Of a DNA stretch of 64,000 nt, positions 8,657-20,014 are shown in pieces (positions within the stretch are counted from its first letter, which is position 1; each line of letters starts with the position of its first letter). The notes beneath the pieces are model-generated. The model was not told the DNA's origin. It did no database searches and saw only the letters and a program-made list of their open reading frames with translations. The DNA is from an uncultured Bacteroides sp. GTDB lineage: Bacteria > Bacteroidota > Bacteroidia > Bacteroidales > GCA-2748055. The translations under genes and the position numbers were made by a program. The DNA is taken from assembly GCA_964604655.1 (NCBI GenBank), contig CAZRZY010000005.1:10031-74030 (forward strand), in the 5' to 3' direction.

Positions 8657-8906
8657 AATATCGAGACGAACAGACATACCCATTGGACTCCAATTCAGTG
8701 ACGAACAGCTATACCCTACCCATACCCATCAACCTTCCGTCAAGGCGAGCTATACCCTACCCATGCCCATCAACCTTCCGTCAAGGTGAGCTATACTATA
8801 GGCCATCAACCTTCCGTCAAGCGGAGCTATACTATAGGCCATCAACCACCAGTCAGGCAGAGACAAATCCGTGTCCAACCTAATATCGAGACGAGCAGAT
8901 ATACCC
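8657..8906. repeat. Tandem repeat family C (41, 41, 36, 36 bp) bracketed by a 25-bp direct repeat
   Basis: Units start with agctata at 8707, 8748, 8789 and 8825. The flanks aatatcgagacgaacagacataccc (8657-8681) and aatatcgagacgagcagatataccc (8882-8906) match at 23/25 positions. The second flank lies about 10 nt from the yebC-family stop. Confidence 0.9.
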
Positions 8907-8916
8907 TTACCCCACC

Positions 8917-9660
8917 CTACTGCTCCATGGCCGCAGAGACTTCTTCGGTAACATTCAGGTTGTGCCAGACGGACTGTACATCGTCATCATCCTCAAACTC
9001 TTCGATGATGCGCATAATCTGAACCGCCTGATCCTGGGGCAGGTCGATGGTATCATTAGGGATTCGCTGAAGCTCCGCACTCTCCGTTTCCAGCCCCATC
9101 TCCTCCAGCTTTTTCTGAACAGCGTGAAACTCTTCCATGGGAGTGGTGATCATGATGGTGTCATCCTCCAATTCCACCTCTTCCACCCCTGCGTCGATGA
9201 TCTCCAATCCGAACTCATCCACGTCCAAATCTCTCTTGGGCAGACTGATCACTCCCTTGCGGTCGAACAAAAAACTGAGCGAACCGTTGGTTCCCAGGTT
9301 TCCTCCCCGTTTATTGAAGATGGAACGCACATTGCTGACGGTTCGATTCCGGTTATCGGTCAGGCAATCAATATAAACGCCGATCCCGTGGGAAAGCATA
9401 CCCTCGAAGCTCACCTCCTCGAACGCACCTTTGTCCTTGTCTGCTTTGTTGATGGCACGCTGAATTGTATCCTTCGGCATGTTCATCCCCTTGGCGTTCT
9501 GAATAGCAGAGCGGAGTCGCGGGTTGGCATCGGCATCGGAGCCACCTTCAATGGCCGCCACAGTGATCTCCTTGATCAACTTGGTAAACATCTTTCCCCT
9601 CCTGGCATCGTTGGCCCCTTTCTTACGCTTGATGGTGGACCATTTGCTGTGTCCTGACAT
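8917..9660 (-). CDS. YebC/PmpR family DNA-binding transcriptional regulator
   Basis: 247 aa. MSGHSKWSTIKRKKGANDARRGKMFTKLIKEI is the family's signature N-terminus. Confidence 0.95.
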   Translation of the reverse strand: MSGHSKWSTIKRKKGANDARRGKMFTKLIKEITVAAIEGGSDADANPRLRSAIQNAKGMNMPKDTIQRAINKADKDKGAFEEVSFEGMLSHGIGVYIDCLTDNRNRTVSNVRSIFNKRGGNLGTNGSLSFLFDRKGVISLPKRDLDVDEFGLEIIDAGVEEVELEDDTIMITTPMEEFHAVQKKLEEMGLETESAELQRIPNDTIDLPQDQAVQIMRIIEEFEDDDDVQSVWHNLNVTEEVSAAMEQ

Positions 9661-9695
9661 AGTGATAGTTTTACTGCAAAAATAGCAAAAAGTGC

Positions 9696-10229
9696 TTACC
9701 TGCGGATGACCTGGGCTCCGCCGAACACCACATCGACCTTGATATCGATACCGGCGGTGTCAGGCGACCAGGAATCGCTTTCATACACAGAGGACCCGAA
9801 TACGGCCGTATTCCCATCCGGAAGTTCCGCACCGGCAAACACTGCATCGGCCTTTATCCTGACCGGTTTGTCACGTGGAATGATGATCTGAGTACCGCCA
9901 AAAACAGTGCTGATCTTGGCACGGTACATCCCCTTGCTCAGGTCCACATTGGTAAAGTCGTACACTCCTTTTCCGAAGAGCACCGTATACTCCTTATCCG
10001 GCTCGGGGTTTTCAAATACTCTTTCGTTAAAGACCGTCTCCTCAGGAGCAAAGTGGTGCGAAGGAAAGACCACTCTCCCGAACAAAACCTTGAGTCCCAA
10101 CAAGACCAGAAAAATCCCAATCAATACTTTGAAGACCGGGAAATCGACATTGAATACTACTTTGATGATAAGTGCGATCCCCAGCAGAAGGAGGAATGCA
10201 CCCCAGAATAAACCAGCTCCCATTTTCAT
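9696..10229 (-). CDS. Membrane protein with LiaF/DUF2154-like C-terminal domain
   Basis: 177 aa. Two N-terminal TM segments, then repeated VFGG..I..P beta-rich segments (STVFGGTQIIIPRD, VDVVFGGAQVI). Confidence 0.5.
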   Translation of the reverse strand: MKMGAGLFWGAFLLLLGIALIIKVVFNVDFPVFKVLIGIFLVLLGLKVLFGRVVFPSHHFAPEETVFNERVFENPEPDKEYTVLFGKGVYDFTNVDLSKGMYRAKISTVFGGTQIIIPRDKPVRIKADAVFAGAELPDGNTAVFGSSVYESDSWSPDTAGIDIKVDVVFGGAQVIRR

Positions 10230-10368
10230 TGTATTTTAAATTTATGAATAAATATCGTTGTTTTCATTCTTTTCACAATATTACAATGCTCTATGGTCCT
10301 GAAGAACCATAAATCGGTCAATGGGGCTGTCTTGTCGGTGAGTGGCCTTTTTGCTACCTTTGCCACCC

Positions 10369-11763
10369 ATGCAATCCAGAAAATTGTACATAGAAACCTA
10401 TGGTTGCCAGATGAATGTGGCCGACAGTGAAGTGGTGGCCGCTATTCTTCAGAAGCATCAGTATACGCTGACCGATCATCCGAATGATGCCGATCTGGTA
10501 CTGGTCAACACCTGTTCCATCAGGGACAATGCGGAGCAGCGGGTCAGAAGCCGATTAAAAGAGCTTCGGCATCTGAAGGATCAATACCCCGGAATCTCCC
10601 TCGGGGTGATCGGATGTATGGCCGAAAGGCTGAGCGAAAAGTTGCTGGCTGAAGAGCCTGCAGTGGATCTGGTGGCCGGTCCGGATGCCTACCGGGAACT
10701 TCCAGCCCTCCTGGAAAGGCTGGAACAGGGGGAGAAAGGGGTCCATACCCTGCTCTCACGGACCGAAACCTACGCTGATATCGATCCCGTGCGTATGGAC
10801 AGGAACGGAGTGACTGCCTTCGTCTCCATCATGCGTGGCTGTGATAATTTTTGCTCCTATTGCGTGGTGCCGGGGACGCGGGGAAGAGAGCGAAGCAGGG
10901 ATCCGGAAACTATTCTGCAGGAAATATCGATGCTCATTTCCAAAGGATATAAGGAGGTAACACTGCTGGGGCAGAATGTGAATTCCTACCGGTGGAGGGA
11001 AAATGATGACCTGCTTTCCTTCCCCGGTTTACTGGAAAAGGTGGCCGGCATCGATACCCGGCTCAGGATCCGCTTCGCCACCTCCCATCCGAAAGACCTT
11101 TCGGACGACCTGCTCCGGGTGATGGCGCGCTACCCGAACCTTTGCCGGTCCATCCACCTTCCGGTGCAGTCGGGCAGCTCGGCAGTGCTCAGACGAATGA
11201 ATCGAAAGTACACCAGGGAACACTACATGGAACGGATCGGTGCCATACGCCGGTTCCTGCCGGAAGCTTCCATTTCTACGGATATCATTGCAGGATTCTG
11301 CGGGGAGACCGATGAAGATCACCGGCTGACCCTCAGCCTGATGGAATGGGTCGGCTACGATTTCGCTTATATGTTCAAATACAGCGAGCGCCCCGGGACC
11401 CATGCCGCTAAACACTACACCGATGATATTCCGGATAAAGTCAAGGGCCAGCGGTTGAAGGAGATCATCGATCTGCAAATGGAGCTCAGCCTTACAAGCA
11501 AACAGCACGATATCGGGCAGATACAGGAAGTGCTCATAGAAGGAACCTCCAGGAAATCGGAGGATCAGCTATACGGTCGCACCAGCCAGAATAAGGTGAT
11601 TGTATTTCCACGGGGAGACTTTCAACCAGGGAATTACGTACAGGTAAAAGTAGAGGATTGTACCCCTGCCACGCTTAAGGGAACTCCTGCCACGCTTAAG
11701 GGAACCCCTAACCCAGTTCAAGAAGCAGCTTCTCCTCAGCATTGTCACAGGAACAGAATGTAA
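10369..11763 (+). CDS. miaB: tRNA-2-methylthio-N6-dimethylallyladenosine synthase MiaB
   Basis: MQSRKLYIETYGCQMNVADSE (UPF0004 domain), radical-SAM CDNFCSYCVVP, C-terminal TRAM. The longest ORF begins at 10342 with a non-ATG start. Confidence 0.95.
   Translation: MQSRKLYIETYGCQMNVADSEVVAAILQKHQYTLTDHPNDADLVLVNTCSIRDNAEQRVRSRLKELRHLKDQYPGISLGVIGCMAERLSEKLLAEEPAVDLVAGPDAYRELPALLERLEQGEKGVHTLLSRTETYADIDPVRMDRNGVTAFVSIMRGCDNFCSYCVVPGTRGRERSRDPETILQEISMLISKGYKEVTLLGQNVNSYRWRENDDLLSFPGLLEKVAGIDTRLRIRFATSHPKDLSDDLLRVMARYPNLCRSIHLPVQSGSSAVLRRMNRKYTREHYMERIGAIRRFLPEASISTDIIAGFCGETDEDHRLTLSLMEWVGYDFAYMFKYSERPGTHAAKHYTDDIPDKVKGQRLKEIIDLQMELSLTSKQHDIGQIQEVLIEGTSRKSEDQLYGRTSQNKVIVFPRGDFQPGNYVQVKVEDCTPATLKGTPATLKGTPNPVQEAASPQHCHRNRM
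11665..11706. repeat. In-frame 21-bp tandem duplication in the miaB 3' end (TPATLKG x2)
   Basis: cctgccacgcttaagggaact (11665-11685) is followed by cctgccacgcttaagggaacc (11686-11706). Confidence 0.95.
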
Positions 11764-12058
11764 AACTACCTTCCAGTTCCATCAGGAGGATCAACTCCCT
11801 GACTTCATCCGTCACATTGCAGAGTTTAAACATACTGCCGTGCCTGGTGGCCTCCCGGTTAACCTCCAGGAGCACCTCGAATCCGGATGTGTCGATAAAA
11901 TTGACCCCTTCCAGACTGAATACGACAGTTAATCCGGGTTGCACAACCAGGTCCAGTAGTTGATCCCTTACATGTCCGGAAAACAGGGTGTTGAGCTTTT
12001 CCATCTGAAACAGCTCCACCCGTACCTGTTTGATATCTTTGGTAATCTTCAGCATCAC
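11708..12058 (-). CDS. STAS domain protein (anti-sigma-factor antagonist-like)
   Basis: 116 aa. LEGVNFIDTSGFEVLLEVNREA...KLCNVTDEVRELI follows the SpoIIAA-like pattern. Its 3' end overlaps the miaB 3' end by 56 nt (convergent). Confidence 0.7.
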   Translation of the reverse strand: MMLKITKDIKQVRVELFQMEKLNTLFSGHVRDQLLDLVVQPGLTVVFSLEGVNFIDTSGFEVLLEVNREATRHGSMFKLCNVTDEVRELILLMELEGSFTFCSCDNAEEKLLLELG

Positions 12059-12138
12059 TAATCTTTCGAACGATCCTACCGCAAAATAAGGGGACGGAAT
12101 CCATTGGAGTATTAAATCGTTGTAAACTTTTCCGTAAT

Positions 12139-13887
12139 TTATTGTTGTACCCTGAGGAAGAGCTCCTTCAACTGATCTTCAGATATGGTGGACGGAGTAT
12201 CGATCATCACATCCCTACCGGCATTATTTTTAGGGAAAGCGATCACGTCCCTGATCGATTCTAAACCTGCAAAAAGGGCTGCCCAACGGTCGAATCCAAA
12301 GGCGATCCCTCCATGGGGCGGTGCCCCGTAGCGGAACGCATTCATCAAAAATCCGAATTGCCTGCGTGCCTCCTCCCCGGTGAATCCCAGATTATCGAAC
12401 ATCTTTTTCTGCATCTCCTCGTCGTGGATTCGTATGGAGCCTCCCCCGATCTCCACACCATTGATTACCAAATCGTAAGCTCTGGCGCGTACTTTTCCCG
12501 GATCGGATTGGAACAGTTCCAGGTCCTCCTCATAGGGACTGGTAAAAGGGTGGTGCATGGCGTGATACCTTCCGGTCTCCTTATCCCATTCCAGCAGAGG
12601 AAAATCGACCACCCAAAGAGGCCTGAACAGGTGAGAATCCCTCAGTCCCAGTCTGCTGCCCATCAACAGGCGAAGTTCACTCAAGGCTTTTAGCGTCAGT
12701 TCCCGCTCACCGGCCAGGACCAGTACCAGGTCTCCTGGTCTGGCGTGGAAGGAAGCGACCCACTTTTTCAGATCCTCCTGATTATAAAACTTGTCCACCG
12801 AAGACTTAAGGGTTTTGTCTTCCTGAAATTTCACATAGATCATTCCCTTCATTCCGATCTGCGGCCGCCTGACGAATTCGGTCAACTCATCCAGCTGCTT
12901 GCGGCTGTAATCAGCGCTTCCCGGAACACAGATACCTCCCACATACCCGGCTCCATCCAGAACCTGAAATCCTTTTCCTTTTACTGTTCCGGTCAACTCG
13001 CTGATCTCCATGTCAAAGCGGAGATCGGGTTTATCTGTCCCGTATCTGCTCATGGCCTCCGAATAAGAAATCCTGGGAAACGTGCCTTTTATATCCACTC
13101 CCTTAATGGCCTGAAAAAGGTGCTTTGCCAGGCCCTCAAACGTGTCCAGTACATCATCCCGGTCCACGAAGGACATTTCGCAATCGATCTGGGTAAATTC
13201 AGGTTGCCGGTCGGCTCTCAGGTCCTCATCCCTGAAACACTTCACGATCTGAAAATATTTATCGAATCCCGCCACCATCAGCAGTTGCTTAAAGGTCTGG
13301 GGTGATTGGGGAAGTGCATAGAACTCGCCGGGATTCATTCTGGAAGGAACGACAAAATCGCGTGCTCCCTCGGGCGTGGATTTGATCAGGACCGGAGTCT
13401 CCACCTCCAGGAAACCCTGGTCGCTCAGATATTTTCTCACCTCTATGGCCATGCGGGACCTCAACTCCAGGTTTTTCCGCACCATTGTTCTTCTCAGGTC
13501 CAGATAGCGGAATTTCATCCTCAGTTCGTCCCCGCCGTCGGTCTGGTCTTCGATGGTGAAGGGCGGGACCTGGGAGCGATTTAAAATATTCAGTTCCTTT
13601 ACCAGGATCTCGATCTCCCCGGTGGGTATATTCAGGTTCTTGTTGCTTCTCTCGGACACGATCCCCCGGACACGTATCACGAATTCCCGGCCCAGGCCGC
13701 GTGCCTGTTTGCAGAGGCCGGGATCCGATTCCATATTAAATACCAGCTGGGTGATCCCGTACCGGTCCCTCAGATCGATGAAAGTCATTCCTCCCAGGTC
13801 TCTCGATTTCTGGATCCATCCTGAAAGGATGACCTCCAGACCCTCCTCTTTCATGGTCAGCTGGCCGCAATTGTGTGTCCTGAACAT
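12139..13887 (-). CDS. aspS: Aspartate--tRNA ligase
   Basis: 582 aa. FIDLRDRYG (OB anticodon domain), [18 protein letters not shown] (motif 2), GGGSIRIHD and GIAFGFDR (motif 3). Confidence 0.97.
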   Translation of the reverse strand: MFRTHNCGQLTMKEEGLEVILSGWIQKSRDLGGMTFIDLRDRYGITQLVFNMESDPGLCKQARGLGREFVIRVRGIVSERSNKNLNIPTGEIEILVKELNILNRSQVPPFTIEDQTDGGDELRMKFRYLDLRRTMVRKNLELRSRMAIEVRKYLSDQGFLEVETPVLIKSTPEGARDFVVPSRMNPGEFYALPQSPQTFKQLLMVAGFDKYFQIVKCFRDEDLRADRQPEFTQIDCEMSFVDRDDVLDTFEGLAKHLFQAIKGVDIKGTFPRISYSEAMSRYGTDKPDLRFDMEISELTGTVKGKGFQVLDGAGYVGGICVPGSADYSRKQLDELTEFVRRPQIGMKGMIYVKFQEDKTLKSSVDKFYNQEDLKKWVASFHARPGDLVLVLAGERELTLKALSELRLLMGSRLGLRDSHLFRPLWVVDFPLLEWDKETGRYHAMHHPFTSPYEEDLELFQSDPGKVRARAYDLVINGVEIGGGSIRIHDEEMQKKMFDNLGFTGEEARRQFGFLMNAFRYGAPPHGGIAFGFDRWAALFAGLESIRDVIAFPKNNAGRDVMIDTPSTISEDQLKELFLRVQQ

Positions 13888-13923
13888 AATTCCTTAATTT
13901 GCCTGCAAATTTGCAATTTTCAT

Positions 13924-14382
13924 ATGACTTACCCGGTATTTTCAGATGCCTATTTTATGAACGAGGCACTCAAGGAGGCGCAAAAGGCCTACGAAATGGA
14001 GGAGGTCCCGGTGGGTGCCGTTGTGGTGAACCAGAACCGGATCATTGCCAGGGCTCATAACATGACCCAGCAGCTAAACGATGTGACGGCTCATGCCGAG
14101 ATGATCTCCATCACTTCGGCAGCCAACTTTATGGGGTCGAAATACCTGAATGAATGCATCCTTTATGTTACGCTCGAACCCTGTATCATGTGTGCTTCCG
14201 CCCTTAAATGGGCACAGTTGCGCCGGCTTGTCTTTGGTGCCGCCGATCCGAAAGAGGGATACTCCAGGATCGGTCATCCCCTCCTCCATGTGCGTACAGA
14301 GGTGGTCCCCGGGATACTGGCCGAAGAATCCGCCGCCCTTATGAAACGGTTCTTCCTTCATCGTCGTGACCTGATGAACTGA
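13924..14382 (+). CDS. tadA: tRNA adenosine(34) deaminase TadA
   Basis: FMNEALKEAQKA...VPVGAVVV, HAEM and PCIMCASAL zinc motifs. The longer ORF from 13873 would overlap the aspS start. Confidence 0.9.
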   Translation: MTYPVFSDAYFMNEALKEAQKAYEMEEVPVGAVVVNQNRIIARAHNMTQQLNDVTAHAEMISITSAANFMGSKYLNECILYVTLEPCIMCASALKWAQLRRLVFGAADPKEGYSRIGHPLLHVRTEVVPGILAEESAALMKRFFLHRRDLMN

Positions 14383-15628
14383 TGCTATAACCTGCTCTTC
14401 GAAGGTCTTCCCAGAATCCAGGGTAGCTTTTACTAACCACACCCGGATCCTCCATATAAAGCCTTCCGAAAACTGCCGATGCAGACGCAAATGCCAGGGC
14501 CATCCGGTGATCGTGGTAGGTGGAGATGACGGGGTGATGCTCGGCCCGAACCCTGCTGCCATCCCATGATAGAAGGTCACCCTCAGAATCCGAAACAAGC
14601 AGAAATCCCAGCTTTTTTAGTTCTGCCTGAAGGGCATCAATACGGTCGGTCTCCTTTATCCTCAGAGTCCGTGTTCCGCTGAAGCGAAACGGGATTCCCA
14701 GGGCACAGAGTGTGACAGCGAGGGTCTGAACCAGGTCCGGACACCCTTCAAAATCATAGGTGAACTGTTTCGGGTCCGGCTCCTTCGGCAGGGTGGCAGG
14801 ACGATCCCTTCCAGCAGAGGATATCTTTAATCCATCCGGGGTAAAACTGGCAGAAACTCCTAACGGGGCAAACAGCGATACCAGCACCGAATCGCCCTGC
14901 AGGCTCTCCTTAAAGAGGCGGGGGAGCCTGATAGTTGAACCGGGCAGGAGGGCTGCCGCCTGAAACCAGTAAGATGCAGCACTCCAGTCCGATTCCACCC
15001 GGAAATGACCGGTACGGTAAGGCACGGATGGTACCCGGATGAAGCGGCCATCCATGGTGACAGGAACCCCACAGCTTTTCATGAGTCCTGCCGTCATCTC
15101 CAGATAGGTGGAAGAAACAGGTCTGCCCGTCATCTCCATTTGAAGTCCTCCCCTGAGGACCGGCCCTACCATCATTAATGCACTGATGAACTGGCTGCTG
15201 ACCCCCCCGTCGATGATGACCGGGCCCCCGTGAAGGGCACCACCGCTGATGCGAAGGGGTGGATAGCCATCGTTTTCCAGATACCTGACCTTAGCCCCCA
15301 GATTTCTTAAGGCATCCACCAGTGGTCCGATAGGCCGTTGTTTCATCCGTTCAGAACCCGTCAGTACCCATTCCCCCGGAACAGTGGCATAATATGCAGT
15401 CAGAAACCGCATGGCAGTCCCTGCATGACCCACATTTTTGAGTTTACCGGATGCGGCAAGGGCCTCCTTCATGACCCGGGTATCGTCGCTTTCCGAAAGG
15501 TTTTCAAAGCTTCCGGACGGTTTTCCCAGAGCATGGATCAGCAACATCCGGTTTGAAATGCTTTTAGAGGAAGGCAGAATAATGGTATCTTGGACCGGTG
15601 CAACAGGGCCCGAGATGATATTTTTCAT
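14339..15628 (-). CDS. aroA: 3-phosphoshikimate 1-carboxyvinyltransferase (EPSP synthase)
   Basis: LPSSKSISNRMLLI, GHAGTAMRFLTAY, and DHRMALAFA near the C-terminus. The longest ORF starts at 15649. Its 3' end overlaps the tadA 3' end by 44 nt. Confidence 0.9.
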   Translation of the reverse strand: MKNIISGPVAPVQDTIILPSSKSISNRMLLIHALGKPSGSFENLSESDDTRVMKEALAASGKLKNVGHAGTAMRFLTAYYATVPGEWVLTGSERMKQRPIGPLVDALRNLGAKVRYLENDGYPPLRISGGALHGGPVIIDGGVSSQFISALMMVGPVLRGGLQMEMTGRPVSSTYLEMTAGLMKSCGVPVTMDGRFIRVPSVPYRTGHFRVESDWSAASYWFQAAALLPGSTIRLPRLFKESLQGDSVLVSLFAPLGVSASFTPDGLKISSAGRDRPATLPKEPDPKQFTYDFEGCPDLVQTLAVTLCALGIPFRFSGTRTLRIKETDRIDALQAELKKLGFLLVSDSEGDLLSWDGSRVRAEHHPVISTYHDHRMALAFASASAVFGRLYMEDPGVVSKSYPGFWEDLRRAGYSISSSGHDDEGRTVS

Positions 15629-15693
15629 GGTCCAAAGATAATAATTCACCTATATTGGTCCCGGAAAATGATCGTAACACACTAACAGGCATA

Positions 15694-16869
15694 ATGAATA
15701 TCGATTTTGAAAACACCGAGATCGCTTTTAGCATCAAATCTGACCGGGATCTTCGCAGAGCATACTTTCTTTTTAAACTGATCTCCTATCCCACCCTGGT
15801 GAAGATCGGTAATCCGGTGATCAGGTTCTGTTCCACTCTTGGAATCCCTATTGGATGGATTGTCAAACCAACTGCTTTTAAACACTTTGTGGGTGGGGCG
15901 ACCCTGGAAGAGTGCCAGCCGGCCGTGGATAAGCTGAAGACGGCCAACGTCTATTCCATTCTCGACTATTCGGTGGAAGGCCGCGAGGACGATGCTTCCA
16001 TCAGGGCAGCGCTGGAGGAGACACTCCGGGCCGTACGCCATGCTGGGAACAATCCCGATATCCCCTTTGCTGTATTCAAGCCCACTGCTTTTGGAAACAG
16101 CAAAGCCATGGAAGTGCTCAGCGGGGAAAGTGTTCCCGACAAAAAAACAAAGGAGGAGGGAGAAAAATTTAAGGCCAGAATCGAAAAACTCTGCCAGACC
16201 GCCTTCGACAGTGACATCCCGATCATGGTCGATGCGGAGGATACCTACTACCAGAATTTTATCGATCAGGTGGTGATGGACATGATGCGCAAATATAATA
16301 AACAGAAAGCCATTGTATTCAATACGTATCAGATGTACAGGCACGACCGGATCGGGGTACTGAAATCGGATATTGAAACCGCCAGAAAGGAACGCTTCTG
16401 CCTGGGAGCCAAATTTGTCCGGGGCGCCTACATGGAAAAAGAGCGGGAACGTGCACAGCGCCTGCGATATGAAGATCCTATCCAACCCGATAAAGAGAGT
16501 ACAGACAGAGATTATAACCTGGCTCTTAAGATCTGCGTGGAGAACATCGATATCGTCTCCATCTTTAACGGGACCCACAACGAGTACAGCAGCATGTACC
16601 TGGCGGAGCTGATGCAGGAGCACCAGATTAATCCTGGTGACCAGAGGGCATGGTTCTCCCAACTTTACGGCATGAGCGAGCATATCAGTTTTAACCTGGC
16701 TGCCGCTGGATATAATGTGGCAAAATATGTACCTTACGGTCCTGTGCGGTATGTACTTCCCTATCTGATGCGAAGAGTGGAAGAAAATACTTCTGTAAAA
16801 GGACAGACCGGAAGGGAATTATCGCTGATCCAACGAGAGATTGACCGAAGAAAAGCCCATGCAAATTGA
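15694..16869 (+). CDS. Proline dehydrogenase (monofunctional PRODH family)
   Basis: MNIDFENTEIAFSIKSDRDLRRAYFLF..., FVGGATLEEC, ILDYSVEG, VRGAYMEKER. The longest ORF starts at 15655. Confidence 0.8.
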   Translation: MNIDFENTEIAFSIKSDRDLRRAYFLFKLISYPTLVKIGNPVIRFCSTLGIPIGWIVKPTAFKHFVGGATLEECQPAVDKLKTANVYSILDYSVEGREDDASIRAALEETLRAVRHAGNNPDIPFAVFKPTAFGNSKAMEVLSGESVPDKKTKEEGEKFKARIEKLCQTAFDSDIPIMVDAEDTYYQNFIDQVVMDMMRKYNKQKAIVFNTYQMYRHDRIGVLKSDIETARKERFCLGAKFVRGAYMEKERERAQRLRYEDPIQPDKESTDRDYNLALKICVENIDIVSIFNGTHNEYSSMYLAELMQEHQINPGDQRAWFSQLYGMSEHISFNLAAAGYNVAKYVPYGPVRYVLPYLMRRVEENTSVKGQTGRELSLIQREIDRRKAHAN

Positions 16870-17347
16870 CAATCAAAGAAATACCTACCGCATCTGGCTC
16901 AGCAGACTGGTACTGACCATAGTTTTCACCATGGCCATCCTGGTGATCCTGCTCCTGCCATGGTTTGATAATCCGGAAAGCCTGGTCAGCAAGTATCACC
17001 TGATCATCCTTCTGGCTTTGATCTATATGGTGATCAATCTTTACAATTATCTGATGAGGCCCTATTTCGTCTCTTACAGCGACGAAGGAGAGATGATCAT
17101 TGTCCGTTATTATCCGCTCAGTCTCTTTACCAGCCGGAAGCACTCTATTGAGATTCCAAAGCAACAGCTGATCGGTTATGAATTACAGCCATTCCTTTTC
17201 GGCACCCAGCACCGGCTGATCCTGATTCAGCACTTTCGTAACAAGACGGCAAAATATCCGGCCATCAGCCTCTCAGCCCTGGACAAGGATGAACGGGAAC
17301 GTATGTTCCAGTCCCTCGACCGTTATTCCCGCACCAGGACACAGTAA
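16859..17347 (+). CDS. Hypothetical membrane protein (2 TM plus a small C-terminal domain)
   Basis: ORF 16841-17347. The ATG at 16859 overlaps the PRODH stop. It has two hydrophobic helices. No recognisable family. Confidence 0.45.
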   Translation: MQIDNQRNTYRIWLSRLVLTIVFTMAILVILLLPWFDNPESLVSKYHLIILLALIYMVINLYNYLMRPYFVSYSDEGEMIIVRYYPLSLFTSRKHSIEIPKQQLIGYELQPFLFGTQHRLILIQHFRNKTAKYPAISLSALDKDERERMFQSLDRYSRTRTQ

Positions 17348-17424
17348 TCCCGGATCTAATATTCCTTGGATCATATAGCTGATCACGATGAATTGGGTGA
17401 TCAACACATCAACCCAAAAAAGGG

Positions 17425-18558
17425 ATGCCCGATCTTGATCACCCCGACCTCCAGTATCTGTTAGCGCTCAGTATGGCGCCCTCCATAGGGCCTGTAAAAG
17501 CCAGGAGCCTGCTGTATAAATTCAAATCAGCCCGGTCTATCTTCCAGGAGAAGAAACACTGTCTTCAGAAAGTGGATGGAATCGGCAATCATTCTGTACA
17601 ATCGCTCAGCTCCCCTTCCCTTCTCAGGCAGGCCGAAACGGAACTCAATTTCATGGAACGGCATCGCATAAGGGTCCTCTATGAGGAGGATGTCGACTAC
17701 CCGAGGAGGCTGAGGCAGTGTTACGACCGTCCGCTCCTGCTTTTCATCCGGGGCGAAAACGGTCTTCATTCCAAACGAATGCTTAGTGTGGTGGGAACGA
17801 GGAAAGCAACAGTATATGGCAGAGAGCAATGTGAAAGAATAGTCTCCGAACTTGCCGAGATCGTCGACAACCTCTCGGTGGTCAGCGGTCTGGCATACGG
17901 CATCGATGTGACAGCCCACCGGATTTCCATTCGAAAGTCCATCCCCACCGTGGCCGTGCTGGGGCATGGCTTTTCCACCATCTATCCCCGTTTTCACCGC
18001 CAGGATGCACGGAAAATCGCACATGTTGGAAGTCTGGTGACCGACTTCCCCTCTTACATGGGTCCGGAAAGAAATAACTTCCTCCGCCGGAACCGGATCA
18101 TTGCCGGCCTGTCAGATGCCACCCTGGTGGTGGAGTCCGCCCTTACCGGAGGGGCACTGATCACTGCCAAGATGGCATTCTCCTACGACCGGCTGGTCAT
18201 GTCGGTTCCGGGCCGGACGGTGGATGAACGCTCAAGAGGTTGTAACGGGCTCATAAAAAGGAATATTGCGGGCCTGGTGGAATCGGCCGAAGACGTACTA
18301 TACCATGCCGAGTGGGAACCGGACAGGTGCTCCCCCGCTAAAAGCACCCACAGAGCCTTGCCTGCGGATGAGACCGAAAGGGCCCTCTGGATCCAGGTAG
18401 AAAGGAGCCCCGGGATCGATCCCTCCGCATTGAGCAGACAGGAAGGGATCCCTGTTCACAGGGTGCTTACCGTGCTGCTCGAGATGGAATTGAAGGGCTG
18501 GATCAGGGTTGAACCGGGGAATTCCTGCTACGTTCGTACTCCACCCTTTCATCCCTGA
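17425..18558 (+). CDS. dprA: DNA-processing protein DprA (Smf)
   Basis: 377 aa. N-terminal SAM-like domain, Rossmann core VVGTRKAT.YG......LA.....VVSGLAYGID, C-terminal winged-helix-like tail. Confidence 0.9.
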   Translation: MPDLDHPDLQYLLALSMAPSIGPVKARSLLYKFKSARSIFQEKKHCLQKVDGIGNHSVQSLSSPSLLRQAETELNFMERHRIRVLYEEDVDYPRRLRQCYDRPLLLFIRGENGLHSKRMLSVVGTRKATVYGREQCERIVSELAEIVDNLSVVSGLAYGIDVTAHRISIRKSIPTVAVLGHGFSTIYPRFHRQDARKIAHVGSLVTDFPSYMGPERNNFLRRNRIIAGLSDATLVVESALTGGALITAKMAFSYDRLVMSVPGRTVDERSRGCNGLIKRNIAGLVESAEDVLYHAEWEPDRCSPAKSTHRALPADETERALWIQVERSPGIDPSALSRQEGIPVHRVLTVLLEMELKGWIRVEPGNSCYVRTPPFHP

Positions 18559-18663
18559 CTTGTGTTCCGAAACGATGTTTAACGGCATGAAAATCACATG
18601 ATCCAAGACATGTCCCGAGGAGGGAAAAAATGATAGCTTTACACGAAGTTGAACTCTTAATAA

Positions 18664-20010
<1,347 letters not shown>

Positions 20011-20014
20011 GGAG

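Noticed and set aside
15682-16683. Long antisense ORFs: 15682-16683 (-), 47393-48424 (+), 50920-51645 (-), 61648-62328 (-), 8962-9657 (+) and 12745-13305 (+).
   Set aside because: Each lies fully within, and opposite to, a gene with strong family motifs (PRODH, NtrC, GT2, LeuS, YebC, AspS). Their products are low-complexity or Arg/Gly/Pro-rich shadow translations.
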